Of a DNA stretch of 64,000 bases, positions 50,753 to 61,427 are shown one piece after another. Source of the DNA: an uncultured Acidobacteriota bacterium (GTDB lineage Bacteria; Acidobacteriota; Vicinamibacteria; Vicinamibacterales; 2-12-FULL-66-21); contig CAWGAS010000002.1 in NCBI GenBank assembly GCA_963820645.1, forward strand, positions 1,884 to 65,883, in the 5' to 3' direction. Position 1 is the first letter of the stretch. The number at the start of each line of letters is the position of its first letter. A program made the translations under genes and the position numbers. The notes below the pieces were generated by a model. That model did not search any database, had not been told where the DNA came from, and saw nothing but the letters and a program-made list of their open reading frames with translations.

Positions 50753-51424
50753 ACGGTCTCCTTTCGCTGATTCCAGTGCTTCCTTTTGGACGATGCCCTG
50801 GCGTCAGTGGCTGTCACGGGGCACGAGACGCCCAGCCGGTGCGAACTCCTCCCTGGCGTCACACGGTAAAGTGCGACGGTCTGGGTCCCGACGCGTACTG
50901 ACACCGGGGCAGGGACGATGTTCCGGCCACCTGCGCCTTGTAACAGTCAGAACGAATGGACCCGGGAATCTTGCACGCTGGCGGACCCGGTTCGTCATTC
51001 AAAGCGTCATCGGCCCAAGCTCGTGCTTCGGACGAGTTCGTCACAACTGTCCCCGAACTTCGGTGGCTGTCCGGCCACTCGGTCCCGAGGAATTCGATGG
51101 GTGGAGCAACGGAGATGTCAGATGGGGCGACTGGGGCTCGCCTGTCATGGTCGCTCTTCTATGGTCCGGACCCGCCCCCACACTACGTACTGAACGTCCG
51201 CGGGGTCCCTCAGTCAAAGTGAGTTCGAGCCGACCGTGAGCCGGCGCGCGCCCCCCAGGCGCTGCTCTCGGACCGATCCGCTTCGACGATTCCGCAGTCC
51301 CGAATTCTCGCCATGGCCCGCTCGAGCCACGCGCCCTCGACGCCAGGCCGAAAGCGGGACTCCGGCACAGTCACGATGCGTCGTCAGTGCCCGATCCGGC
51401 TGGGGATGCTCCGTTCTCCGCGCG

Positions 51425-52801
51425 TCACCCGGCTCCATCCGGCTGGCCCTCCCCCTCCCGCCGCACCCGCCGGCGCATGGGCTTTCGCTTGTCGGAGCGC
51501 AGGTACGCCTCCAGCGTGTGGTAGGAAATCTGGAGCTCGCGGCAGGTCTTCCGCTTGTTGTTCCCGCACCGCTCGAGCACCAACCGCGCGTACCGGCTGG
51601 CCCACGCCCGCATCGTCGAGCGGGCTTGGAGGGCGGGCACGAGCGCGTCCGCGTACCCGCCCAGCAGTGCGGGCGGCAGATCGTCCAGCTCCAGCATCGA
51701 CCCGCCGGCCAGCGCGACCCCGCGTTCGACGACGCGCTCGAGCTCGCGGACGTTGCCGGGCCAGTCGTAGGTGAGCAGCGCGTCCGCGGCCGCCGTCGAC
51801 AGCGCCAGCGGCCGGAACGCGCGATGGCGCTCCAGGAAATACCGCGCCAGATCGAGGATGTCGTCGCGCCGGCAGCGCAGCGGCGGCACCTGCACTTCGA
51901 CGCCGTTCAAACGGTAGAACAGATCGAGGCGGAAGCGCTTCTGCTCGACGAGATCCAGCAGCGACCGGTTCGACGCCACGATGATGCGGGTGTCGACGCG
52001 CCGCGCGCCGTAGCCGCCGACCCGCTCCACCGACAGATCCTGGATCGCGCGCAGCAGCTTGGCCTGCGCGGCGGCCGACAGGTCGGACACTTCGTCGAGA
52101 AAGAGCGTGCCTTCGTGCGCGTGCTCGAACTTCCCGCGGCGCCCGCGCACGCCGGTCGCCGTCCGGTCCTCGATCCCGAAGAGCTCCGCTTCGAGCAGCG
52201 TCTCGACAATCGCGGCGCAGTTGACGGCCACGAAGGGCCCCCGCCGGCGACGACTGAGCTCGTGAATCTGACGCGCGACGAGCTCCTTGCCCGTGCCGCT
52301 TTCGCCTTCGATCAAGACCGTGAAGTCAGTCGCCGCCACCTTCTCGATCCGGTCGCGCACGACGCGAATCTCGGCGCTCGATCCGATGAGCGGCGCCGCT
52401 TTGTCGGCACGGCCCCGCGACAGCGGCCACCGTCCGCTCGCGCGCTCGACCTCGATGATCAGCCCGGCGAGCTGCGCGGCGGCGGCGAGCATCAGGCGCG
52501 CGTACTCGTCGGCCGGACGCGACGGATCGAAGATCGCCTCCAGGCACGGCCGCCCGTCGACGGGCGTGACGGGCACTTCGTACGACACCAAGTACGGACG
52601 GTCGATTGGCTCGCCGTCCTCGCGAAACGTGACGGAGCTGGCCGACAGCAGCGTTCGAAGCTCCTCCTCGAAACGCTCGCGCACGAGCCTCGGCTCACGC
52701 ACCCCCGCCAGGCCGCTCGTCAACGCCGCAACCAGCGTCGCGGTCGCACATCGTCTGTCCGGCAGCGTCGCGCAAGACGACTGCCGGGCCGGTGGGATCA
52801 T
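51425..52801 (-). CDS. NtrC-family AAA+ enhancer-binding-type transcriptional regulator (sensory N-domain + AAA+ + Fis HTH) with degenerate GAFTGA loop
   Basis: Walker A LIEGESGTGKE, Walker B TLFLDEV, RIIVASNR, FRLDLFYRL, DWPGNVRELE, C-terminal HTH NKRKTCRELQISYHTLEAYL. The loop reads ELFGIEDRTATGVRGRRGKFE where canonical EBPs have ELFGHEKGAFTGA. Start ATG 52801 or 52843. Confidence 0.85.
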   Translation of the reverse strand: MIPPARQSSCATLPDRRCATATLVAALTSGLAGVREPRLVRERFEEELRTLLSASSVTFREDGEPIDRPYLVSYEVPVTPVDGRPCLEAIFDPSRPADEYARLMLAAAAQLAGLIIEVERASGRWPLSRGRADKAAPLIGSSAEIRVVRDRIEKVAATDFTVLIEGESGTGKELVARQIHELSRRRRGPFVAVNCAAIVETLLEAELFGIEDRTATGVRGRRGKFEHAHEGTLFLDEVSDLSAAAQAKLLRAIQDLSVERVGGYGARRVDTRIIVASNRSLLDLVEQKRFRLDLFYRLNGVEVQVPPLRCRRDDILDLARYFLERHRAFRPLALSTAAADALLTYDWPGNVRELERVVERGVALAGGSMLELDDLPPALLGGYADALVPALQARSTMRAWASRYARLVLERCGNNKRKTCRELQISYHTLEAYLRSDKRKPMRRRVRREGEGQPDGAG

Positions 52802-53012
52802 CGATCCTCCCAATCCTCCGGGATTGATGATCTGTGTAAACAAGCGGAGTGCCAGCCGCGGTCCGCGAAAAACCCGTGCGATTATCGAGCTGATTCGTCG
52901 AGCGGAGGAAACGGAACCGGGCTGAAGGGTAACGGCGGCCCTGAAAACCAGCCGTCCGGCGCGGTCGCCGTGGGAATCGCCGACCCCGCGTGGGTCTCGG
53001 CTTCCCGAACGG

Positions 53013-53843
53013 TCACTTGCCTTTTCGTTGCTCGATGATCTTCCACGGATCGTCGGGCTTCTGACGCCAGTCCACGTACTTCGCCAGGTCTCTCACGGCG
53101 ATCGCCTTGAACCCCTCGTCGTGCAGGTATTTCATGTACTCCTCGAACCGTTCGCGAGGGGTGTGGACCCACGGGTGCTCGACATCGGGCGCGCCATGAA
53201 ACTGCAGGACGGCAATCTTCCCGTTGACCGCCTGAGACGTGGCCCGCTTCAGGTTCTCCAGCGTCCAGAACGGACGGGCGTCGCCGGCGGATGGGAGCAG
53301 GAGCGGATGATCGCGCCCCGGTTCGTAGGCGACCCCCTTCCCTTCCTCGTACGGATACTCCGGCGCCCCGCCGCGCCGGGCAAACCGGAACCCCAGCTCC
53401 TCGATGATGCGGATACCGCCGGGATCGATGGCATTGCCGGGATACGCAAACGACACGGGCCTGGGAATGCCGTGCGCGGCGCACTGCGCGTTGATGGCCT
53501 CCACCTGCTCCTTCAACTTCGGGAGAGCCGCCTTCGACACGCCCATGTGGTCGCGCGTGTGATTGCCGATCTCGAAGCCGTCCCGGTGCAGCTCGGCGAT
53601 CTGCTCCCACGTGAGGTAGTCCTCCTTGTTCGTCCGGAACGTGAACCCTTCCGTGATGAAGAACGTCGCGCCGAACCCGTACTTTTTCAGCAGCGGCCGG
53701 ACGACCGTGTAGTGACTGGCCTTGGAATCGTCGAAGGTCAGCACGATCAGCTTGTCCGGGATCGGTTCGAGAGCCTGGGCGTGCGCGAGCAGCGACAACG
53801 GGAGTGCGATCGGAATCCAGAGCAGGGCCTTCACACGCATCAC
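53013..53843 (-). CDS. Secreted polysaccharide deacetylase (NodB-homology) family protein
   Basis: Intact 276 aa. Signal peptide, LIVLTFDDSKASHY (TFDD), GNHTRDHM, FAYPGN. Confidence 0.8.
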   Translation of the reverse strand: MMRVKALLWIPIALPLSLLAHAQALEPIPDKLIVLTFDDSKASHYTVVRPLLKKYGFGATFFITEGFTFRTNKEDYLTWEQIAELHRDGFEIGNHTRDHMGVSKAALPKLKEQVEAINAQCAAHGIPRPVSFAYPGNAIDPGGIRIIEELGFRFARRGGAPEYPYEEGKGVAYEPGRDHPLLLPSAGDARPFWTLENLKRATSQAVNGKIAVLQFHGAPDVEHPWVHTPRERFEEYMKYLHDEGFKAIAVRDLAKYVDWRQKPDDPWKIIEQRKGK

Positions 53844-53871
53844 CTCGTTCTCCGATTCGGGCGCCCGCGCG

Positions 53872-55150
53872 TCACGGTTTCACCACACGGAAATACTCGT
53901 GAAACACGTCCGCGAGCGTTTCGCCATACGCCGTCCAGTGCCGGGCAGAGGGATAATCCTTCACCCCTTCAATCCAATTGCAGTTGAGCTCGTGCACGAC
54001 CGCGTCGATGCCGTAGCGCTCGAGCCAGCCGTCCCCGAGCGTCCCGCTGTTGCGGAAGACGGCGTTCGTGCTGCCTTCAGTGAACCAGGTCTTCCTGCGG
54101 AGCAGATCCTCGAGCGTCGCCATCCGCGCGAGATGGCGGTCCAGTTGCGGCACCGGCGGACGGCTGATGTGCAGAAGCCCGCGGCCATCGTTGTGCAACT
54201 CGACCGCCAGATGCGGCCGGCGGCCGGCGGCAATCATGCCCTCGAGCCACCGTTCGAGCGCCGCGTTCTCCGGCACGAGGCTGACGTCAGCGGGCTTGTC
54301 CCAGTTGCGATTGAGGTCCTTGCCGTTGACGTTGAAGCGCGTCATGCCGCGCGCCACGCCGTCCTTGTTCGCCATCGGAAGGAGGTAGACGACGTACTGC
54401 GCGAGAAACGTCCTCGCGTCTGCATCGTCTTTCAGCAGGCGCTGGATCAGTCCCTGTGCCACCCAGCTGCTGCCTGACTCCCATGGGTGCGCCCGCGCCC
54501 GGACGAAGACGCGATACGGCGCATCGGCATCGCCGACGCGAACGACTTCCAGATCCCGCCCGCCGACGGTCTTGCCGATGGACGTGATCTGTGCGCGGCG
54601 GCTCTTGCGGATGGATTCGAGGAAGCGCTCGAGATCGGACAATCGATACGGTTCGAGCCGCGCGACGTAGAGCCTCGGCCCGGGCATTTCCACGGTGAGC
54701 CGCACGCGATTCCCAGGGAGGCTCTCGGTCGGCACCTTCGTCCACTGCGCGCCCGTTTTCCGAGATCGCCACGGTCTTCAGCTCCCCGGCAACCGAACCA
54801 GGCTGGCCGTTCCAGACGTTGTCCAGGTTCCTGAACTCGAGCGTGAGCTTCGAGCCGGTCCTCGCGTGAAGGAGGAAATGAATGTGCCCGGCCGCGCGGT
54901 TGGGCGACGAGCGTTCGTGGTCGTACAGCAGGTGGATCTGGATCGTGCCGTCGGCCGCGAGCTCATACCAGAGCGGGGACGCGTTCTCGAACCCGGTGTC
55001 GATGAAGTCAAGGCCCGCCTGGCCGGGCGGCGCGACCTGGAGCTGGGCGGCGCCTTCATCGGGCGCCGTCGACAACACGAGCGTCAGCGTGAAGAGCAGC
55101 CGGAGGAACACCCGTCCATCTCTTTTGAGATCGCCGCGCAACGACAACAC
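53872..55150 (-). pseudogene. Secreted M14-family zinc carboxypeptidase-like protein, 1 frameshift near 54740
   Basis: The N-terminal beta-sandwich fragment (54287-55150: signal, FIDTGFENASPLWYEL..IHFLLHARTGSKLTLEF) joins 53872-54735, which carries RAHPWESGSS (HxxE), LPMANKDGV, DLNRNW and AVELHND. Confidence 0.75.
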
Positions 55151-55171
55151 CTCGGATTTGGTGCGGACGGC

Positions 55172-55726
55172 CTACGGTTGCCCCGAACGCCGTCCCTTCC
55201 AGGTCTTCGCGTACTCGATCGCGAACGTCCGCAACGGGGCGCTCGTCTGGCCGAGCGCGGCGGCTTCGTTGATCGCGCGATCGGTCTCCCACCCGTCGAC
55301 GGCCAGCCGCTTGATCAACCACATCGTCGCCGCGCGGTTGCCGCCGGCGCAGTGAATGAACGCCGGCTCCGCCCCTGACGAGGTGATGGCCTTCAGAAAC
55401 TGATCCGCCGCGGCCGGATCGGGGGTGCCGTCGAAGGGCACGTGGAAATAGCGCAGGCCGGCGGCCTTCGCCGCGGCCTCCTCCTTCTCGACTTCGGCCC
55501 CCGGCTCGGTCGCGCGTCGGAGGTTGACGATGGAGACGAAGCCCATCTTCTTGATCTCGGGCACCGATTCCGCCGTGATCGCACCCGCGCAGGCGACCGT
55601 GGTCTCGAGACGGGCGAGGTTCCGAATGCCGGCCACCGGATCCTTGGTCACCTGCTGGGCAAGCGCGCCGTCTGTCCCCGCAGCCAGGAGAAGCGAACCA
55701 ATCACGACAAACACTTTCGAGTGCAT
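55172..55726 (-). CDS. Secreted DSP/PTP-like phosphatase-fold protein (CX5R; DUF442/beta-lactamase-hydrolase-like family)
   Basis: Intact 184 aa. Signal peptide, FVSIVNLR, YFHVPF, active-site loop IHCAGGNRA. Confidence 0.75.
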   Translation of the reverse strand: MHSKVFVVIGSLLLAAGTDGALAQQVTKDPVAGIRNLARLETTVACAGAITAESVPEIKKMGFVSIVNLRRATEPGAEVEKEEAAAKAAGLRYFHVPFDGTPDPAAADQFLKAITSSGAEPAFIHCAGGNRAATMWLIKRLAVDGWETDRAINEAAALGQTSAPLRTFAIEYAKTWKGRRSGQP

Positions 55727-55798
55727 GACTACTCTCCTCTTGCAGAATCGGACAATGTTGCGGCGCGAAGTGCGCTCGATTGTATACCCTGCCAGATC

Positions 55799-55855
55799 GT
55801 AGCGCAGGCCTTGAGGCCTGCCTTCGGCGCGGGCAGGCCTGAAGGCCTGCGCTAC
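55799..55855. repeat. 57-nt compound palindrome (REP-like; possible terminator of the PQQ dehydrogenase gene)
   Basis: GTAGCGCAGGCC-TTG-AGGCCTGCC-TTCGGCGCG-GGCAGGCCT-GAA-GGCCTGCGCTAC. 12-bp outer and 9-bp inner perfect stems. 22 nt downstream of the stop at 55877. Confidence 0.75.
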
Positions 55856-55876
55856 GTACGCAAGACAGTGAACGGC

Positions 55877-57774
55877 TCAGTTGCGCGGCAGCGCGTACGC
55901 CACGATCCCCGTGGGTCCCGCCGGTGCAGGCACGTTGCCGCCGGCGCCACGCCCGCCGCCTGCGACGGCCGTGACGAGAAGGTATTGCCGTCCGCCAAGC
56001 TCGTACATCGACGGCGATCCGCTGGTGGTCCCTCCCAACGGCAACTCCCACACCTGCTTGCCGGTCGCGCTGTCGTAGACGTGGACTTTGCGATCGGCGG
56101 CCGTGACGAACACCAACCCCGTGGCGGTCGGGATGATCCCGCCCTTGGTCGTGACCGCCGCACCCGTGCCCGTGATGCCCTGACCGACGAGACGCAGGTC
56201 ATCGCCGAGCCCAATCTGCCATTTGATCGTGCCGGCGTTGAGATCGTACGCCGTCAGGGTGGTGTACGGCGGATTGACGATCGTCGGGTAAAGTCCGAAG
56301 CCCTCCGTGACGTAGCGGCCCTCCGTCACGACCTCCGGCGGAGCGCCGCGCCGGCCGGCGCGCATCTCGCCCGGCTTCAGCAGCCGAATGATCGTCGGCA
56401 CGTTGAAGCCGATGACGTACACGCTGCCGTCGGTCGGATTGCGCAGCCGTGCTGCCCCAATTCGATCCGCCCTGGTTGCCGGGCATGTGAATCACTTCGT
56501 CGAACCCGATCGGCGTGAAGGGCCCTTCGTTTCTGGCCTTCAGGATGCGCTGCCTGAACTGCTCGCGCTCCTCCGGCGTCAGGATGTGCGGATTCAGATC
56601 GTCCGCGGTGAACTTCTGACGGGAGAACGGCGGCGGGCTCGTCGGAAACGGCTGCGTGGGCCACAACGTCTCACCGGGCACCGTGGTCTTCTGCGGCACG
56701 GGCCGTTCCTCGATCGGCCAGATCGGCTGGCCTGTGACGCGATCGAACACATAGAGGTAGCCGGTCTTGCTGGCCATGGCGACGACATCGACGGATCGCC
56801 CGTTCCGGCGGATGGTCGTCAACTGCGGGGCCGAGTTGTTGTCGAGGTCCCAGATGTCGTGGTGGACCGTCTGGAAATGCCAGAGACGCTTGCCGGTCCT
56901 GACATTGAGCGCGACGAGGCAGTCCGCGAACAGATTGGCGCCCGGCCGGTTGCCTCCGTAGAAGTTGTACTTCGGGCTGGCGGTCGGGACGTAGATGATG
57001 CCGCGCCGCACGTCGATCGACTGCTCGCCCCAGTTGTTGGCGCCGCCGATGGTCTTCCACGCGTCCTTGGGCCAGGTGTCGTAGCCGAACTCGCCGGGCC
57101 GCGGCACGGTATGAAAGGTCCAGACGAGTTTGCCTGTTCGCACATCGAACGCCCGGATGTCGCCGGGCGCCGAGTTGTACTCCTGGTTCGTCGCCGAGCC
57201 CAGGATGATCAGGTTCTCGAACACTCGCCCAGGGGTGCGGCTTTGCTGTTCGACCTTCGCGGGATCCCGGTCGAGACCCACTCGCAGGTCCACGCGGCCG
57301 TCCTTGCCGAACGAGGAAATGGTCTCGCCGGTTTGCGCGTCGATCTCCTGAAGGAAGTTGGCCGAGCTGAAAATCAGCCGGCGGTCCTTGCCGCCCTGGC
57401 TTTCCCAGTAGTTCACGCCTCGACTGTTGAAACCCTGAACACCCTCGTGGATCCAGAGCTGCTTGCCGGTCGCCGCATCGAGCGCCACGAACGAGTCGTT
57501 CGGGCCGCGGCCATAGACGACGCCGCGTACGACGAGCGGGTTGAAGTCGGTCTGGCCGGGCGCGTACGTCCAGGCGACTTGAAGCTGGCTGACGTTGGAC
57601 TTCGTGATCTGCGGTCGCGGCCACGAACCGCGAGCTGTCAGCGCCGCCGGCGTAGTCGCGCCATTCGCGCCCCTGGCCGGAGAGCGAAAGTCCCGTGACA
57701 CCCGCGAGCGCCACCAGCACCGCTGCCTGGACGCTGCCGACGATCCGCCGTGACGAAGCTCGTTGTCTGGCCAT
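55877..57774 (-). pseudogene. PQQ-dependent (quinoprotein) dehydrogenase beta-propeller, 2 frameshifts
   Basis: MARQRASSRRIVGSVQAAVLVALAGV (signal) in one frame. The main 528-aa frame carries NVSQLQVAWTY, ALDAATGKQLW, AFDVRTGKLVW, ALNVRTGKRLWHFQTVHHDIWDLD. The C-terminal frame (55877-56422) carries AYDLNAGTIKWQ, VYDSATGKQVWE. Confidence 0.8.
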
Positions 57775-57882
57775 CTACGCGACACCTCCGTGTCATCTCC
57801 ATCGCCCGCGTCAGTATAGGCTGACCCGCCCGCGCGGCGCGCGCACCTTGACCCACCCGCCGCGGACGGTCATGATGTCTTC

Positions 57883-58209
57883 GTGCGGCGTGTCATCTCC
57901 TTCGTTCTTGCCATGGTCATCGCCCTGTGGCTGCCCGTGCGATCGGCTGACGCCCGGGAGCGGGAGACTTCCCTTCCGGGCACCGAAGGGAGCGCGCAGA
58001 CTGAACGGCCGGCTCAGGCGGCGGATTTCACGCCGCGGATGGTCGCCGGGTCAGCGGGAACATGGCAGGCCCGGCTGGCTCATGACGCGCTCGCGTCAGC
58101 GATCTGGTCGCCGCAAGTGCCCGGCTTCTCTCTCTCGGCGTCGGTCTCCCCGGCCCGCCTTCGCCTCCACATTGCACCCCCGCTTCGCGCCTTTCCTCTC
58201 CTGATCTGA
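57883..58209 (+). CDS. Possible small secreted protein
   Basis: GTG start. Signal-like RRVISFVLAMVIALWLPVRSADA, with the rest low-complexity. Weak support. Confidence 0.3.
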   Translation: MRRVISFVLAMVIALWLPVRSADARERETSLPGTEGSAQTERPAQAADFTPRMVAGSAGTWQARLAHDALASAIWSPQVPGFSLSASVSPARLRLHIAPPLRAFPLLI

Positions 58210-58273
58210 TCGCCCTCTCGCGCACGAGCCTCCGTCAGGGTCAGACGAGTGTCTTCGTGTCACAGGAGGGATC

Positions 58274-60827
58274 ATGAACAGCAGATTGCGCTGGAAGTTT
58301 GTCGTGACGGTCGTCGTGACGCTCGGGATCTCGTTCTTCGCGTGGTATCCGCTCCTCGCCGATCGCTACGGCCTGCCGGGGCCCGGCTTCATCATGGAGA
58401 AGCGGCTGAAGCTCGGGCTGGACCTGAAGGGCGGGGTCCAGATGGTCCTGCGCATCAACACCGGCGATGCGGTCCTCGTCGACACGCGGAACACGGCTGC
58501 GAGACTGGACGAGGCGCTCACGCAGCAGGGTGTCACGAGGGGCCCGATCGAGGTCCTCGGCCCCGGACGATTTCGCGTCGCAGGCGTCGCCGCGGAACAC
58601 GATGCCGCGTTCCGGCGAGTCTCGGATGACGTGGCCGGCGGCTTCGCCCGCGGGTCCGGCCCCGGCGAGTCGTACACGTTCACGATCGCGCCCGGCGTCC
58701 TGGAGAGCCTGCGCGCGAACACGGTGAAACAGGCAGAGCAGACGGTCGACCGGCGGGTCAACGAGCTCGGCGTCACCGAACCGCTCATCGCCATCCAGGG
58801 CGCGGCGAAAGACGAGATCCTCCTGCAGCTGCCGGGTGTCGCCGACATGGACCGCGCGAGAAGCATCCTTGGCGCGACGGCGCTGCTCGAGTGGAAGCTC
58901 GTCGAACACGGCCCCGCCTCCACACGGGAAGCGCTGTTGGCAGCAACCGGAGGCGAGGTGCCGCCGAACACCGAAGTCGCGATTGGCGTTGCCGACGCGG
59001 ACGGGAGCGCCGGGCCGGCCCACTACCTGGTCCGAAGCGTCGCGGCCATCACCGGACGCGATCTGCGCAACGCACGGTCGATCCCGGACGAGAACTATCA
59101 GCCGGCCGTGGCATTCTCGCTGACCCGGGACGCCGCCCGGCGGTTCGCGAAGCTGACGGGCGACAACGTCGGGCGCTCGCTCGCCATCGTCCTCGACGGA
59201 CGGGTGCAGTCGGCGCCGCAGATTGAAGGGCGGATCGATGGCGGCGAGGGGCACATCCGCGGACGCTTCACGCAGCAGCAGGCCGCCGATCTCTCGCTGA
59301 TGCTTCGCGCGGGCGCGCTGCCCACGTCGCTGACGTACCTCGGCGGGCGTCTCGTCGGGCCCTCACTCGGAACCGCGTCGATCCACGCCGGCGTGGTGGC
59401 GTCGCTTGCCGGGCTCGCCCTGATCGCCGCGTTCATGCTCCTCTACTACAACCGGGCCGGGATCAACGCCCTCATCTCGGTCGTGGTCGAACCTCCTGCT
59501 GCTGCTCGGGCTCATGGCCTACTCCGGCGCCGCGTTGACCCTGCCGGGCATCGCGGGGCTGATCCTCACGATCGGCATGGGTGTGGACTCGAACGTGCTC
59601 ATCTTCGAGCGGATCAAAGAGGAGCTGGCGGCGGGCCGGACCGCCAGGGCCGCGGTGGCGGCGGGCTTCGACCGCGTGTTCCGGACGATCCTCGACACGC
59701 ACATCGCCTCGCTGATTGCCGCCGCGTTCCTGTTTCAGTTCGGCACCGGGCCGATCCGCGGCTTCGCCACGACCCTCACGTTCGGCCTGCTCGCCAACGT
59801 GTTCACGGCCGTCTTCGTCTCGCGCACGATCTTCGAGGCGGTCCTCTCGCGCGGGCGCACGACCCGTTTGCGCATGGAGACCTTCGGTCACCTCTTTCGA
59901 ACGCCGGACTTCAACTTCCACCGGTGGCGCTGGCACGCGCTGGCGCTCTCGGCGGCCGTGATTCTGGCGGGGGCCGGCGTGATTCTGGCCCGCGGCGGCG
60001 TCCCGCTCGGCATCGACTTTTCCGGCGGGACCATCGTGACCGTGAAATTCGTCCAGCCGGTGCCCGAAGAAGTCGTGCAGAACGCGATCCCCGGCGAGGA
60101 GACCGTCCAGCGGTACGGCGAGGCGGCGGACAACGAGATGCTGATCCGGCTCCCGCAGCACGAGGGCGCGGAGGAAGGCGCGAACCTCGCGCAGGAAGCC
60201 GGCCGGGTGGTTGCCGCGCTTCAGGCGGCGGGCGTTCCCGCATTCGACGTGACCGGCATCGAGGCAGTGGGTCCCGCGATCGGTGCGGACCTCCGGCGCA
60301 AGGGGGCGTACGCGACGCTGGCCTCCATCGTCGGTATCACGGCGTATATCGCGGTCCGGTTCCGCCCGAGCTTTGCCGCGGGCGCCATCGCCGCAACGTT
60401 TCACGACATCCTGGTGACGGTGTCGCTTCTCACTTTGTCGGGCTACGATCTGTCGCTCAACGTCGTGGCCGCGATCCTCACGATCACCGGCTACTCCGTG
60501 AACGACACCATCGTGACGTTCGACCGCGTCCGCGAGAACCTTCGCACGTCGCCCCGCGCCCCGCTGGAGGTCGTCGTCAACGCCGCCGTCAACCAGACCC
60601 TCGGCCGGACGATCATCACGGCCGGCACCACGTTCCTGGCCGTCCTCGCGCTGTTTCTGTTCGGCGGAGACGTCCTGCACGGGTTCGCCTTTGCGATGCT
60701 GGTCGGCATCGTGAGCGGAACGTATTCGACCGTCTTCATCGCGGCGGCGATCTCGATCATGCTCAGCAAACGATCGCGGCCGCGCGCCGTTCGCGCTCCT
60801 GCGCGCCGCGCGGATCTTGACGTATAG
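58274..60827 (+). pseudogene. secDF: Protein translocase subunit SecDF (fused SecD-SecF reading frame), 1 frameshift near 59490
   Basis: SecD: LKLGLDLKGGVQMVL, VDRRVNELGVTEPLI, LEWKLV, LAIVLDGRVQSAPQIEGRI, LYYNRAGINALISVVV. After the shift: AALTLPGIAGLILTIGMGVDSNVLIFERIKEE. SecF follows in the same frame with no stop: METFGHLFRTPDFNFHRWRW..GIDFSGGT..FHDILVTVSLLTL..ITGYSVNDTIVTFDRVREN. Confidence 0.9.
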
Positions 60828-61427
60828 GAAGCGCACCCGCGCGCCGACGGGCGTCCTGCATGAGCTCCAGTTTTCCGGAATCAGGCGACGACTGGGGTTC
60901 CTGTGAAGCCGTGACGGTGAATGCAAGAGCGTAACTCACTACAGAGTGGCCCATGAGCTGCGTTCACCCCGATGAATGAAAACTGGTGGTTGTGAGCGCC
61001 GGTTAACTGTCACGTCCGGCTGCGCGTATCCTTCCAACACGGAGCTCACGGGCGCCGGCGGCGGCTCAGGGAGCGCAGCGACTCGGTTGAGTCGACTTCG
61101 CAGCGTCGCTCAATTGACAGCCGTTCGACAAAACAAAGACCCTGATCGGCATGACAGTCCAGGGGGACGCACTCAGCGCCGGCCTCGGTTCCGGAGGCCG
61201 GCGTTGCAGGGTCAGTCGAGATCGAGGAGGCACGCGCGATCCGAGACTGGGCTGCTTGTCTCCTCGGTCCGTCGACCCCGCCCGCGCGAGCGCGGCTCGA
61301 GTGCGTGCTGGAGCGTGAAGTTAGAGTCTCCGTGGCCTCCGTGACCCCCGTGTTGGAAGAACAGCGAAGCCTGTTTGACAGCGAGACCGGCCGGGGGCCG
61401 TACACCGTTGCCCGTATACTGAGCGTC

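Noticed and set aside
50753-51424. Sigma-54 promoter or small protein gene in the long leader of the toroid-protein operon
   Set aside because: The closest -24/-12-like strings (e.g. TGGCTGTCACGGGGCA on the plus strand, TGGGCGTCTCGTGCC on the minus strand) have the wrong spacing or orientation. The 60-90-aa ORFs here have shadow-ORF composition and no RBS. I left this as a check rather than a feature.
60828-61427. tRNA or sRNA in the 600-nt gap between secDF and the PQQ-repeat gene
   Set aside because: There is no T-loop (GGTTCGAAT-like) or cloverleaf. Only one strong hairpin is present (CGCCGGCCTC-N7-GAGGCCGGCG, 61177-61203), and it has no U-tract. The tiny ORFs (24 aa or less) have no RBS. 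This is insufficient for a call.
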